64,000 bases of DNA from Xanthobacteraceae bacterium (GCA_035652315.1 DASREA010000034.1:15631-79630), one strand, 5' to 3'; counted from the stretch's first letter, positions 19,756-29,491 are shown. Notes: a model not told the origin generated them from the letters alone. A program made the numbers and translations.

Positions 19756-19802
19756 GCGGATGATGCGCATGATGACCTTCGCACTGTCAGGCGGCCGATG
19801 AC

Positions 19803-21509
19803 ATGCAACAGCAACTCGATATCCTGCGGCGCGCGCTCGAATTGCAGAATCGCGGCGAGCTCGGTGAAGCGGAGCGGCTCTACAATCAGGTGCTTGCTGC
19901 CAATCCGGAGAATTTCGACGCGCTGCATCTGCTCGGCATTCTCTGCCATCAGCGCGGCGACAGCACCCGCGCGGTGGAGCTTCTCGAAGCCGCTCTGAAG
20001 GTAAATCCGAATTCGGCCGAGGCGCTCCTGAACACCGGCAGCGTTCTCGGCGCGCTCGGCCGCCATTATGAGTCGCTGACCTATTTCGATCGCGCGCTGG
20101 AGATCAACGCCTTTCTCTTTCCGGCGCTGGTCAACCGCGGCAAGGCACTGAACGAGATCAGGCGTTACGACGAAGCGCTCGCCACGCTGAAAAAGGCGCT
20201 AGCGATCAAGCCGGGCGACGGCCCGGCGATGTTCCAGTGCGGTTTCGCGCTGCGCCAGCTGCGGCGTTATCCCGAGGCGCTCGGCTATTTCCAGAAGGTG
20301 CTCGAGCTCGATCCGCAGGATACCTGGGCCATGCTCAATTGCGGCTACGCGCTCCGCGAGCTGAAGCGCTTTCCCGAAGCGTTGGGCTATCTCAAGCAGA
20401 TCCTGAAGCTACGGCCGGCCGATCTTCACCTCCTTCGGCGCTGCGGCGTCGAGCTTTTCTGGCTCGGCGAAGTCGACGAGGCGCTCACCTGTTTCCGGCA
20501 AATTCTCGCGCTCAGTCCCGATGATGCCGACGCTCATTGGGAGATCGCGCTCGGGCGTCTTTCCCTCGGTGATTTTGCCGAAGGCTGGAAGGAATATGAA
20601 TGGCGCTGGAAGCTGGAAATGCCGCCGTCGGAAAAACGCCACACCGCATTGCCGCTGTGGAACGGCGAGCACGTCGACGGGCATCTCCTGGCGTGGGCCG
20701 AGCAAGGCATCGGCGATGAAATCTTGTATGGCGGGATGATCCCGCAGCTTGCACCGCATGCGAAAACACTGACGATCGAAGTCGATCCGCGCCTGGTTTC
20801 GCTCTTCGCCCGCTCCTTCCCCGGGCTCGCCGTGATCGGCAACAACGGGCCACCGCCCGCCGATGTCACCGTGCAATGTCCCTTTCCCAGTCTCGGCCGT
20901 TTTCTGCTGCCAAGCCGCGACGCGCTTCAGCAGCGCCGGCAGGCTTATCTCACCGCCGATCCGGAATTCACCGCCGATTTGCGCAAGCAGCTCTCGCCCA
21001 ACGGCGAAAAGGTGATCGGCGTTTCCTGGATCAGCAAGAATCCCTTTGTCGGCGGTGGCAAGACCGCGGCGTTGAGCGATTTCGAGCCGCTGCTGCGCCT
21101 GCCCGGCTGCCGCTATATCGATCTGCAATATGGCGACACCGCCGATGAGCGCCAGGCGCTGCGTGCGGCCACCGGAATCGTTGTCGAACGGCTGGAGGAG
21201 ATCGACAACTTTGCGGATCTCGACGGCCTGGCGTCGCTGATCGCCGCTTGCGATCTGGTCGTGACCGTCAGCAACACCACCGCCCATCTCGCCGGCGCCC
21301 TGGGCCAGCAGACGATTGTCTTCGTGCCGGTCGGCAAAGGCCGGCTCTGGTACTGGTTTACCGAAGGCGAAGACAGCCCCTGGTATCCGCGTGTGCGGCT
21401 CAAGCGGCAACAGCCTGGCCAATCCTGGAAGGAGCTGGCGCAAACCGCGGCGGCGGACGCCGCAGCGGCACTGCAAATTCCCGCCAGGGAAATGCCGGTC
21501 GGAAAATAG
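19803..21509 (+). CDS. TPR-repeat + GT9-like glycosyltransferase-family protein, paralog 5 of 5 (short TPR region)
   Basis: 568 aa, with about 250 aa of TPR and the same C-terminal module (WAEQGIGDEILY, DLQYGDT, VSNTTAHLAGALG, PWYP). Confidence 0.8.
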   Translation: MQQQLDILRRALELQNRGELGEAERLYNQVLAANPENFDALHLLGILCHQRGDSTRAVELLEAALKVNPNSAEALLNTGSVLGALGRHYESLTYFDRALEINAFLFPALVNRGKALNEIRRYDEALATLKKALAIKPGDGPAMFQCGFALRQLRRYPEALGYFQKVLELDPQDTWAMLNCGYALRELKRFPEALGYLKQILKLRPADLHLLRRCGVELFWLGEVDEALTCFRQILALSPDDADAHWEIALGRLSLGDFAEGWKEYEWRWKLEMPPSEKRHTALPLWNGEHVDGHLLAWAEQGIGDEILYGGMIPQLAPHAKTLTIEVDPRLVSLFARSFPGLAVIGNNGPPPADVTVQCPFPSLGRFLLPSRDALQQRRQAYLTADPEFTADLRKQLSPNGEKVIGVSWISKNPFVGGGKTAALSDFEPLLRLPGCRYIDLQYGDTADERQALRAATGIVVERLEEIDNFADLDGLASLIAACDLVVTVSNTTAHLAGALGQQTIVFVPVGKGRLWYWFTEGEDSPWYPRVRLKRQQPGQSWKELAQTAAADAAAALQIPAREMPVGK

Positions 21510-21513
21510 CTGT

Positions 21514-21711
21514 TTACGCTGCGATCAGCGGTTTGTCGTCGCGCGGCGCCGCCCGCGCCTCGCATTCCATCGCAAAGCTTTCCAGAATCGCGGCGTCCTT
21601 CGCCGCCAGCATCAGTGCGATGCGGCGGGCCTGCGCCGCCCGGGCGAGCCAACGCCTTGCGCCTTCGGCGCTTTTTACCGGAGTCGGACGGAGAATCGCC
21701 TGCTTTGCCAT
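21514..21711 (-). CDS. Small hypothetical helical protein (65 aa)
   Basis: ATG start, third positions mostly G/C, amphipathic Ala/Arg-rich sequence (SAEGARRWLARAAQARRIALMLAAKDAAILESFAMECEARAA). No clear SD. Confidence 0.4.
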   Translation of the reverse strand: MAKQAILRPTPVKSAEGARRWLARAAQARRIALMLAAKDAAILESFAMECEARAAPRDDKPLIAA

Positions 21712-21795
21712 GCGCGAAGGCTGCGCGCGGCGTGCAGAGATTTCAATTCTTGCAATTGCCCGCGCTTTGAGTCCGTGCGCGCCGATTCTCCACCG

Positions 21796-22197
21796 CTACT
21801 CGGGCTGGAAATTCAGCGCCACCCCGTTGATGCAGTAGCGCAGGCCGGTCGGCGGTGGGCCGTCGGGAAAGACATGCCCGAGATGGCTGCCGCAGCGGCT
21901 GCAATGCACCTCGGTGCGCGTCATGCCGTAGCTTCGATCTTCGGTGGTCTCCACCGCGCCCGGTACCGGATCGTTGAAGCTCGGCCAGCCGGTGCCGCTC
22001 TCGAATTTCATCTTGGAAACGAAAAGCGGCTGGCCGCAACCGGCGCAGGAAAAACTGCCGGCGCGCTTCTCGCGCAGCAGCGCGCAGCTCCCCGGCCGCT
22101 CGGTGCCGTGCTGGCGCATAATCATGTATTGCTCGGGCGTGAGCAGCCGCCGCCATTCGGCATCTGTATGGGTGACGGGATATTGCTTCTGATCCAT
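21796..22197 (-). CDS. msrB: Peptide-methionine (R)-S-oxide reductase
   Basis: Two CxxC pairs (CAGCGQPLF, CSRCGSHLGHVF) and the RYCINGVAL active-site motif. I moved the start to ATG 22197 (MDQKQYP); the track ORF runs to 22263. Confidence 0.9.
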   Translation of the reverse strand: MDQKQYPVTHTDAEWRRLLTPEQYMIMRQHGTERPGSCALLREKRAGSFSCAGCGQPLFVSKMKFESGTGWPSFNDPVPGAVETTEDRSYGMTRTEVHCSRCGSHLGHVFPDGPPPTGLRYCINGVALNFQPE

Positions 22198-22276
22198 GAC
22201 GGTCTCCGCGCGCTGACGCCCATTATACGGCGGACCGGCGCCGATTGTTACATCCCGCTTCAAAGCACGGCACGCT

Positions 22277-22719
22277 TCAAGCCTTCTTTGGTTTTTTCCG
22301 AGACTGGACCGTTCGTGTAGACGCTCGCGCCGACGTGTTCAGCCGCACGGCGCGAATGAGGGCCTTAAATGCCCCTTCATCGATCTTGTCGCCTTCGTGG
22401 AAATCGATGGCACGCCGAGAGTTGCCTTCGAGGCTGGCATTGAAGAGGCCGCAAGGGTCCTTGAGCGAGGCACCCTTGGCGAAGGTCAGCGTCACCTTGT
22501 CCTTGTAGGTCTCGCCGGTGCAGAGGATGCCCCCGTGTTCCCACACCGGAATGCCCATGGGGCTTGATGGCTTTCGCCATTTCACGTCCTCGACGATGTC
22601 GGGGCCAGCTTTTTGATGAGTTTCCGCAGCCGCGCCAGCGTCTCGCCGCGCCAATCGCCGAGCGCCTTGATCCGGGCATCGATCAGATGGGAGGGAGAAT
22701 CTTCTTTTTTAGCGGACAT
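22277..22719 (-). pseudogene. DUF1801 (YdhG-like) gene interrupted by a 1-nt frameshift in an A5 run
   Basis: The N-terminal 37 residues (MSAKKEDSPSHLIDARIKALGDWRGETLARLRKLIKK) are read from ATG 22719. The rest (AGPDIVEDVKWRKP...GETYKDKVTLTFAKGASL...) continues in the track ORF 22277..22654, one frame over. The switch point is the T5 run (+ strand) at 22610-22614. Confidence 0.6.
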
Positions 22720-22770
22720 CTGGGGGTGTTTCGCGCGCCGTTACATGGCCGAACAAATTGAAGCTAATCC

Positions 22771-22856
22771 TGGTGCGGACGGAGGGACTCGAACCCTCAC
22801 GGGGTTTCCCCCAAGGGATTTTAAGTCCCTTGCGTCTACCATTCCGCCACGTCCGC
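22771..22856 (-). tRNA. tRNA-Leu (anticodon UAA), CCA encoded
   Basis: The reverse complement reads GCGGACG TG GCG GAATGGTAGA CGC A AGGGA CTTAAAA TCCCT, a long variable arm (GGGG GAAA CCCC), GAGGG TTCGAGT CCCTC, then CGTCCGC A CCA. This folds as a class II cloverleaf. Confidence 0.9.
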
Positions 22857-23055
22857 GCCGGTCAGGCTTGTAGCATCGCCGCCGTGGCTGCCCAAGCTAT
22901 CCGCCCTTGCGCCTGACGCATCCAGAAAGCCGTTTCCCGGGCCAGCGAGGACCGCAGCAATACCGCACGTCAGGCCGGCTGCGCCAGAAAGCCGCTTAGT
23001 TTCTTCCGCGGCCTGCGCTAAGTTCCTTCGCGCGGGGCCGTCCTTGGAGGCAACC

Positions 23056-23367
23056 ATGCGAAACCTAATCGCGCCCATTGTCCTTGCCGGAATCCTCGGG
23101 CTCTGGAGCCCGGCTTTCGCGAACGAGGTGTCGCTGCACAAACACAGCCTCGAAGAGCTCAAAAGCGTCTGCGACAAGGTCGGCGGCTCGTTCTCTCAAG
23201 GCGCCGATGTCTATGCCTGCGGGACCGACTGTCACGGAAAGCCCGGCACCGCGTGCGTCGTCGACTGCAAGGCCGATCAGACCTGTTTCGCGCAGGTGAT
23301 CGGCGGCCGGCGGCCCACCGGCCTCACCAATGCCTTGCAGGCGCCGCCGCAGCGCAGCAAGCGTTGA
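23056..23367 (+). CDS. Small secreted cysteine-rich protein, function unknown
   Basis: Signal peptide MRNLIAPIVLAGILGLWSPAFA, then six Cys in about 45 residues. The track ORF starts at TTG 23044. Confidence 0.5.
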   Translation: MRNLIAPIVLAGILGLWSPAFANEVSLHKHSLEELKSVCDKVGGSFSQGADVYACGTDCHGKPGTACVVDCKADQTCFAQVIGGRRPTGLTNALQAPPQRSKR

Positions 23368-23386
23368 TGGTCACTGACCCACTGCC

Positions 23387-23899
23387 TTAATCCCCGCCCT
23401 CGCGGATCGGCGGCAGGAAGGCGAGGCCGGTGTCCCAGGGAAAGTGAATCCAGGTATCCTGCGACACCTCCGTGACGAAGGTGTCGATCAGCGGCCGGCC
23501 CAGCGGCTTGGCATAGACCGTGGCGAAATGCGCCTTGGGCAATTGCTGGCGCACGATGCGCGCGGTCTGCCCGGTATCGACCAGATCGTCGACGATGAGC
23601 ACGCCCTCGCCGCCGGGGCCGCCGATCTTGCGGATGGCGTCGGCGACGCCCTTGAGCACGCGCAGCTCGCCGCGCGCGCCCGGCCCGGCATAGCTCGAAA
23701 TGCAGATGGTCTCGATGACCCGGATGTTCAATTCGCGCGCGACGATCGCCGCAGGCACCAGGCCGCCGCGGGTGACGCAGACGATGGCTTCGAACGGCCC
23801 GGCCTCCGCCAGCCGCCAGGCCAGCGCGCGGGCGTCGCGGTGGAACTGATCCCAGGATACCGGGAACGGCCTTTGCGGCTGCGGCTCAGCCATGGTCAC
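23387..23899 (-). CDS. gpt: Xanthine-guanine phosphoribosyltransferase
   Basis: PRPP-binding motif [13 protein letters not shown], and overall Gpt-like sequence ([14 protein letters not shown]..., FATVYAKP). Confidence 0.85.
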   Translation of the reverse strand: MTMAEPQPQRPFPVSWDQFHRDARALAWRLAEAGPFEAIVCVTRGGLVPAAIVARELNIRVIETICISSYAGPGARGELRVLKGVADAIRKIGGPGGEGVLIVDDLVDTGQTARIVRQQLPKAHFATVYAKPLGRPLIDTFVTEVSQDTWIHFPWDTGLAFLPPIREGGD

Positions 23900-24678
23900 C
23901 CTTTCCGGCGCCGCACCGCCGCGCGCGCTTGCTGCAACATCGCCTCGACGGCGGCCTTAGCCGCCTCGAGTTTTTCCGGGTCGCGGGCGCGGATGACAAT
24001 GTCGGTATTCGGCCCAGTCTCACTGTGAAAGAACGGATAGCTGCCGATGATCACCTCAGGGTGCGCTTTGGCGATGTCGCCCAACTCGGCGCCGATATCA
24101 CCTTCGCGCAAATCGGCGCGCACGCTCTGCGACAGCATTTTCGCGCCGGTCTTCAGCTTCGGCGCCGCCGTGTCGAGCATGGCCTGCATGATCGCCGGAA
24201 CGCCGGCCATGACGATGACATTGCCGATCCAGAATCCGGGCGCCGCCGATATCGGGTTCTCCACCAACTCGGCGCCGGCGGGAATGCGCGCCATGCGAAG
24301 CCGCGCCTCGTTGAGCTGCGAGCCCCTTTCAGCGATGCGCTCGCGCAGCAGTTCCACCGCGCGCGGATGGTGGTCGATGGCGACACCGAAAGCCTTGGCA
24401 ATGCTGTCGGCGGTGATGTCGTCGTGGGTCGGACCGATGCCCCCGGTGGTGAAGACGTAGGTGTAACGGCTGCGCAGCGCATTCACGGCCTCGACGATGG
24501 CCGCTTCATTGTCGGCGACGATGCGGACTTCCTTCAGGTCGATGCCGATGCTGGTCAGGTAGCCGGCCAGATAGCCGATGTTCTTGTCTTTGGTGCGTCC
24601 GGAGAGAATTTCGTCGCCGATGACGATCACGGCGGCCGTGACGATTTCGCCCGGTTCCGGCTCGCTCGTGGTGTTCAT
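23896..24678 (-). CDS. CinA-like molybdopterin-binding (MoCF_biosynth) domain protein
   Basis: Shows [27 protein letters not shown] and [14 protein letters not shown] moved the start to ATG 24678 (MNTTSEP). There is a 4-nt overlap with the gpt start. Confidence 0.8.
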   Translation of the reverse strand: MNTTSEPEPGEIVTAAVIVIGDEILSGRTKDKNIGYLAGYLTSIGIDLKEVRIVADNEAAIVEAVNALRSRYTYVFTTGGIGPTHDDITADSIAKAFGVAIDHHPRAVELLRERIAERGSQLNEARLRMARIPAGAELVENPISAAPGFWIGNVIVMAGVPAIMQAMLDTAAPKLKTGAKMLSQSVRADLREGDIGAELGDIAKAHPEVIIGSYPFFHSETGPNTDIVIRARDPEKLEAAKAAVEAMLQQARAAVRRRKG

Positions 24679-24909
24679 TGTTGGGCGGAAACAGGCATTG
24701 CGGCAGGCCCGGTTGCGGCGGGGCGTACCCTGCCACCGGAGGCCCAAGGGCATCAAGAGAGCCCGATTGGGGCCCGCCGCCGAAGCGCGGCCGCTTCGTT
24801 AACCGCCGGTTAAGACCGCCCGCCAAAAAACCGGCGGCCGGCCCATCGGCCTCAATCCGCAAGCGAATTGCAACGTTTGCCGTCATAAGCTTCCCGGGAA
24901 GCAGGACGT

Positions 24910-27174
24910 GTGACCTTGGGCCCAACCAACAGCGCAGCGGCTTCGAAACCCGCGACCCCGGACCGCGGCACCTTCAGCGTCATCGTGCGCATCGGGGTCA
25001 TCGTGGCCTTGGCGATCGCCTGCGTCATCGTCGCGGTGCTTAGCTCCGCCGAACGCGCCGATCAGGTCGCGCTCGACCAGCAGCGCCAATTGTTCATGCG
25101 CGCGATCTCTGACCACGGCGAGCGTATGTTGCGCGAGGTCGAAAGCATCACCGCTTCGGATCGCGCGGTCCGCAACATACGCGAGGCGCGAGACCTCGAA
25201 TGGGTGCGCCAGCGCATCGGCCAATGGCTGGAAACCTTCTACGATCACCAGCTCGTCTTCGTCGTCGACGCCGAGGACCATTTCATCAACGCCCCGGTGA
25301 ATGTGGCGGGCGTCGGCGATGGCCAGCTCGCCTCGGCACACAAGGACCTCCTTCCCCTGCTTGCCTATCTGCGCGGGCGCAAGCCGCATCTGCCCAACGG
25401 CGCCCGGACCATCCTCGCCTCCGACGCCGGCACCAACCTCGGCCACGGCGCCCGGGTGGCGCTCGTGCAGAATCTGATCGGGCATCCGACCTTGATCGTG
25501 GCCAGCGAGATCACGCTCCCCGATCAGCCGCAGCATGCGGCGGCTCCTTTTGTGATCGCGGTGAAGTATCTTGATGGCGCTCTGTTGAACACCATTTCCA
25601 ACCAGTTGCTGCTGCCAAATCTGCGAACGCTGGATCAGTGGCAGCAGACACTGCCGCGCGATTACGTTTTCGACCTATCTGACGACCAGGGAGCCACACT
25701 CGCCCGGTTCGCCTGGACGCCGAAACAGCCGGGCTCGCAAGTTGTGCGCAGCGTGCTGCCTTTCGTCGCTTTCGCCATCGTCGGCTTCGCTGTTCTTGCC
25801 GCTTTCGTACTGCGTTACATGCTGCGCACCGCCGCCACCATCGCCGCCGGCGAGGAGCGGATGCGGCACCTCGCCATGCACGATCCGCTATGCGGCTTGC
25901 CGAACCGGGTGTTTTTCGGCGAGCGCCTTGAAGCCACAATCGAGGAGGTTCGCGCCGGAGGCCGCGCCGGGGCCGTTTTCTACATCGACCTCGACCATTT
26001 CAAGGACGTCAACGATACACTCGGGCATCCGGTCGGCGACGAACTGATCCGCAACGTCACGCTTCGGCTCAACAAAATCCTCCGCGGTGACGATCTCGTG
26101 GCTCGGCTCGGCGGCGATGAATTCGCCGTCATCACCACATCGGGCACGGACATCTATCTGTTGCAAGGTATCGCCGGGCGCATCATTTCCAGCCTCTCGG
26201 CGCCTTATTCGGTGAACGGCCAGAATATCGTCATCGGCGCCAGCGTCGGCATCGCGGTCATCGATCCGCAGGCGACAAGCGCCGCCGAGATCATGCGCTA
26301 CGCCGACATCGCCCTCTATCGGGCGAAGAACGAAGGGCGCCGCCGCGCCTGCATCTACGACGCCGAGATGGATCACCACGTCTCAGGCCGCAAGCAGTTA
26401 GAGCACGATTTGCGCGAGGCGATCGAAAACGGCGGCCTGTCGCTCGCCTATCAGCCCATCGTCAACAACAGCGGCGAGACTCTGGTCGGGGTCGAAGCCC
26501 TCTGCCGCTGGCGTCATCCCGATCGGGGCGATATTCCTCCCACCGAATTCATCCCCGTCGCCGAGGAAAGTGGGCTGATCACCGCGCTTGGCGAATGGGT
26601 GCTGCGCCGCGCCTGTCTTGACGGCCAAGCCTGGCCGGGCTTGCTCGTCGCCGTCAATGTCTCGCCGCTGCAATTCCGCCGCACCGATTTCGTCGAACTG
26701 GTCGAGCGCATCCTGTCGGAAACCCGGTTCGATTCCTCGCGTCTCGAGCTCGAGGTGACCGAGAGTACCTTCCTCGGCAATGTGAGCAGCGCCGAAGCCG
26801 CCATGGTCAGTCTCAAGAATTTAGGCGTCCGGCTCGCGCTGGACGATTTCGGCACCGGCTATTCCAGCCTGCTCTACCTGCGGCGCTTTCCCTTCGACAA
26901 ACTCAAGATCGACCGCAGCTTCGTCAGCAGCATCGAAAAGGCCGCCGACGCCGCCGCCATCGTACACGCCATCGTCAGCCTCGGCCGCGGTCTCGGCATG
27001 AAAGTGGCGGCCGAAGGGGTGGAAACGGCGGAACAGCAGCTATTCCTGCGCGCCGCGGGCGTCCATGTGATGCAGGGCTTCTACTTCGGCAAGGCCATGT
27101 CCGCCGCGGCCTTGAGCCGACGGCTAGCCGGCACGTTCCGCCGCGGTGCGAGCGACATCGCCGCCGCCGGCTGA
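24910..27174 (+). CDS. Membrane sensor diguanylate cyclase/phosphodiesterase (GGDEF + EAL)
   Basis: GTG start. It has two TM helices flanking a ~240-aa periplasmic domain, RGDD (an RxxD I-site) five residues before GGDEF, and then [16 protein letters not shown] and QGFYFGKA of an EAL domain. Confidence 0.9.
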   Translation: MTLGPTNSAAASKPATPDRGTFSVIVRIGVIVALAIACVIVAVLSSAERADQVALDQQRQLFMRAISDHGERMLREVESITASDRAVRNIREARDLEWVRQRIGQWLETFYDHQLVFVVDAEDHFINAPVNVAGVGDGQLASAHKDLLPLLAYLRGRKPHLPNGARTILASDAGTNLGHGARVALVQNLIGHPTLIVASEITLPDQPQHAAAPFVIAVKYLDGALLNTISNQLLLPNLRTLDQWQQTLPRDYVFDLSDDQGATLARFAWTPKQPGSQVVRSVLPFVAFAIVGFAVLAAFVLRYMLRTAATIAAGEERMRHLAMHDPLCGLPNRVFFGERLEATIEEVRAGGRAGAVFYIDLDHFKDVNDTLGHPVGDELIRNVTLRLNKILRGDDLVARLGGDEFAVITTSGTDIYLLQGIAGRIISSLSAPYSVNGQNIVIGASVGIAVIDPQATSAAEIMRYADIALYRAKNEGRRRACIYDAEMDHHVSGRKQLEHDLREAIENGGLSLAYQPIVNNSGETLVGVEALCRWRHPDRGDIPPTEFIPVAEESGLITALGEWVLRRACLDGQAWPGLLVAVNVSPLQFRRTDFVELVERILSETRFDSSRLELEVTESTFLGNVSSAEAAMVSLKNLGVRLALDDFGTGYSSLLYLRRFPFDKLKIDRSFVSSIEKAADAAAIVHAIVSLGRGLGMKVAAEGVETAEQQLFLRAAGVHVMQGFYFGKAMSAAALSRRLAGTFRRGASDIAAAG

Positions 27175-27248
27175 TAATCTCGCCCGTGAGTCCGCGCTCA
27201 TGCCTTCCCGGGCATGACGGTCTCTTACATGCTACCGGGGGAGCTGGC

Positions 27249-27998
27249 ATGGCTCATTCCGCGAAAATCGCCATCGTGACGGGAGCGGGAACGGGCATCG
27301 GGAAAGCCGTATCGCTCGCTTTGCTCAAGGCCGGCTATGCCGTGACGTTGGCCGGGCGGCGGCGGCAATTGCTCGACGAGGTCGCCGCCGAAATGCCGAA
27401 CGCGCAAACGCTCGTCTTTCCCACCGACGTGAGCGACCCCGCCCAGGTGAGGGCTTTGTTCAGCCGGGTGCGGGAAAAATTCGGCCGTCTTGATCTGTTG
27501 TTCAACAACGCCGGCATTGGCGCCCCCGGCGCTCCCGACGAAGTGCCCTTCGAGAAATGGAGGCAGGTTGTCGACATCAATCTCAACGGCACCTTCCTCT
27601 GTACCCAGGAGGCCTTCCGTATGATGCGCGAGCAGGCGCCGCGCGGCGGCCGCATCATCAACAACGGCTCGATCTCCGCTCATGCGCCGCGGCCGCTATC
27701 GATCGCCTATACCGCGACCAAGCATGCGATCACCGGCCTTACCAAATCGACGGCTCTCGATGGCCGCCCCTATGATATCGCCTGTGGCCAGATCGACATC
27801 GGCAACGCGGCGACTCCGATGACAGAGCAAACAAAAATCGGCACCTTGCAGGCCAACGGCAGCATGGCGCCGGAGCCGCAGATGGACCCCCGCTATGTGG
27901 GCGATGCCGTGGTCTACATGGCGGGGCTGCCGCTCGACACCAACGTGCTGTTCATGACTGTGATGGCGAGCAAGATGCCCTATGTCGGACGAGGCTAG
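27249..27998 (+). CDS. Short-chain dehydrogenase/reductase (SDR)
   Basis: Shows [14 protein letters not shown] and the YTATKHA (YxxxK) motif. I moved the start to ATG 27249 ([12 protein letters not shown]). Confidence 0.85.
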   Translation: MAHSAKIAIVTGAGTGIGKAVSLALLKAGYAVTLAGRRRQLLDEVAAEMPNAQTLVFPTDVSDPAQVRALFSRVREKFGRLDLLFNNAGIGAPGAPDEVPFEKWRQVVDINLNGTFLCTQEAFRMMREQAPRGGRIINNGSISAHAPRPLSIAYTATKHAITGLTKSTALDGRPYDIACGQIDIGNAATPMTEQTKIGTLQANGSMAPEPQMDPRYVGDAVVYMAGLPLDTNVLFMTVMASKMPYVGRG

Positions 27999-28001
27999 CG
28001 C

Positions 28002-29252
28002 ATGCTCGCGCTGCAATCGGCGTTCGGCCTTATCGTCCTGCTCGCCGCCTTGTGGGCGATCAGCGAAAACCGCCGTGCGGTTTCCTGGCGGCGCGTCGGT
28101 GCCAGTCTGGCGCTGACTGTCGCGCTCGCTCTGTTGATGCTGAAAATCCCGGCGCTGAAATCCGCCTTCGCGGCGGTGAATGCCGCCGTCAATGCTGTCG
28201 CGGCGGCGACGCGCGCGGGGACCTCCTTCGTCTTCGGCTACCTGGGCGGCGGTCCCCTTCCCTTCGAGCCGAAGACGCCGGGCAGCGAATTCATCCTCGC
28301 CTTCCAGGCCTTGCCGGTGGTGCTCGTGGTCAGCGTGCTGACAACGCTGCTGTTCTACTGGCGCATCCTGCCGCTGATCGTGCGCGGTTTCTCGTGGCTG
28401 CTGGAACGCACGCTCGGCGTCGGCGGCGCGGTCGGGCTGTCCACCGCCGCCAACATCTTTCTCGGCATGGTGGAATCGCCGCTGTTCATCCGGCCCTATC
28501 TTTCGCAGCTCTCGCGCGGCGAGCTTTTCATCGTCATGACCGGCGGCATGGCCGGAATCGCCGGCACCGTCTTCGTGATTTACGCCACCGTGCTGGTGCC
28601 GGTGATCCCTGATGCCGCCGGCCATTTGCTGACCGCCTCGGTTCTCGGCGCACCCGCCGCCATTTTGGTAAGCGAGCTGATGGTGCCCGACGGCAAAGAC
28701 GTGCGCACGCAGGCGCGGCTCGAGGATCCCGGCGACGTGGCGACAAGCGCCATGGACGCCGTCGTCAAAGGCGCCGCCGTTGGCGTCGAGCTGCTGCTCA
28801 ACATTTGCGCCATGCTGATTGTGCTGATCGCGCTTGTACATCTCGTCAACGCGATGCTCGGGCTGTTGCCTGATCTTGGCGGCGCGCCGGCGTCGCTCGA
28901 ACGCATGCTCGGCTATCTGATGGCGCCGGTCTGCTGGCTCATGGGGATTCCCTGGGCGCAGGCGACCGAGGCGGGCGCGCTGATGGGAATGAAGACCGTG
29001 CTCAACGAATTCGTCGCCTACTTTCGCCTCGCCGCGCTGCCCGCCGGCGCGCTCGACGAACGCTCACGCCTTATCATGCTCTACGCGCTGTGCGGCTTCG
29101 CCAATTTCGGCAGCCTCGGCATCATGATCGCGGGCCTCACGGTGATGGCGCCGGAGCGCCGCGCCGACATTATCGCGCTCGGCTGGAAATCGATCGTCTC
29201 CGGCACCGCGGCGACTTGTCTCCTCGGCGCCATCGTCGGCCTGCTGAGCTGA
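28002..29252 (+). CDS. NupC/CNT-family nucleoside transporter
   Basis: 416-aa polytopic membrane protein with CNT-like segments (GTSFVFGYLGG, FQALPVVLVVS, MTGGMAGIAGTV, NEFVAY, LCGFANFGSLGI). Confidence 0.8.
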   Translation: MLALQSAFGLIVLLAALWAISENRRAVSWRRVGASLALTVALALLMLKIPALKSAFAAVNAAVNAVAAATRAGTSFVFGYLGGGPLPFEPKTPGSEFILAFQALPVVLVVSVLTTLLFYWRILPLIVRGFSWLLERTLGVGGAVGLSTAANIFLGMVESPLFIRPYLSQLSRGELFIVMTGGMAGIAGTVFVIYATVLVPVIPDAAGHLLTASVLGAPAAILVSELMVPDGKDVRTQARLEDPGDVATSAMDAVVKGAAVGVELLLNICAMLIVLIALVHLVNAMLGLLPDLGGAPASLERMLGYLMAPVCWLMGIPWAQATEAGALMGMKTVLNEFVAYFRLAALPAGALDERSRLIMLYALCGFANFGSLGIMIAGLTVMAPERRADIIALGWKSIVSGTAATCLLGAIVGLLS

Positions 29253-29491
29253 AAGAGTGGCCCTCCCGCGCCTGGAGCTTACGGCGCTGCCGTTTGCGGA
29301 ATGACGGCGCAAAAATAAACTTATCCCCGCCCCTGAATCCGATCTTATCTTTGCCGCACCTCGTCCGCTGAGGGGCGCTTCATGAGGCGTCATGCAGGCG
29401 GGACGAACGGGAGGAAGGCGCCGGAGATGCGGCGTTCTTCGCTTCCGTGGCCAAGCCGGGCGACCGGTGCGGCTGGTGCGGTGCCCGCGGA

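Noticed and set aside
18280-19770. Very long antisense ORFs opposite real genes. Examples: 18280..19770 (496 aa, opposite TPR paralog 4), 20409..21476, 9276..10511 (opposite copA), 30818..32245 (opposite groEL), 27696..28841 (opposite nupC), 57281..58642 (opposite purB), 55262..56185, 23929..24813, 42099..43037, 43559..44575 and 5729..6718.
   Set aside because: Their translations are Arg/Gly/Asp/His/Pro-rich and low in complexity. This is typical of stop-poor antisense frames in GC-rich DNA. The opposite strand in each case encodes a protein with recognisable family motifs.
11394-21509. The periodic ~102-nt pattern could be mistaken for a CRISPR-like or satellite repeat array.
   Set aside because: The periodicity is the 34-codon TPR unit inside long intact ORFs. 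The units are diverged at the DNA level and there are no spacer/repeat boundaries.
21316-22320. 334-aa + strand ORF spanning the msrB region.
   Set aside because: It is antisense to msrB, which has unmistakable CxxC and RYCINGVAL motifs. Its translation is Arg/Ala-rich and low in complexity.
22771-22856. bldA-like regulation: a UUA-decoding tRNA close to an array that contains several TTA codons (for example 11433-11435 in paralog 1, and others in paralogs 2 and 3).
   Set aside because: TTA codons also occur in housekeeping genes in the window (for example in livM, ...CTA TTC TTA TAT TAC...). There is therefore no evidence of specific enrichment, and I cannot compute codon statistics here.
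21510-22870. Genomic island integrated at tRNA-Leu, possibly carrying the TPR array.
   Set aside because: No integrase, transposase or phage gene is present. I did not see a direct repeat of the tRNA 3' end. The genes next to the tRNA 3' side (DUF1801, msrB) are ordinary housekeeping types.
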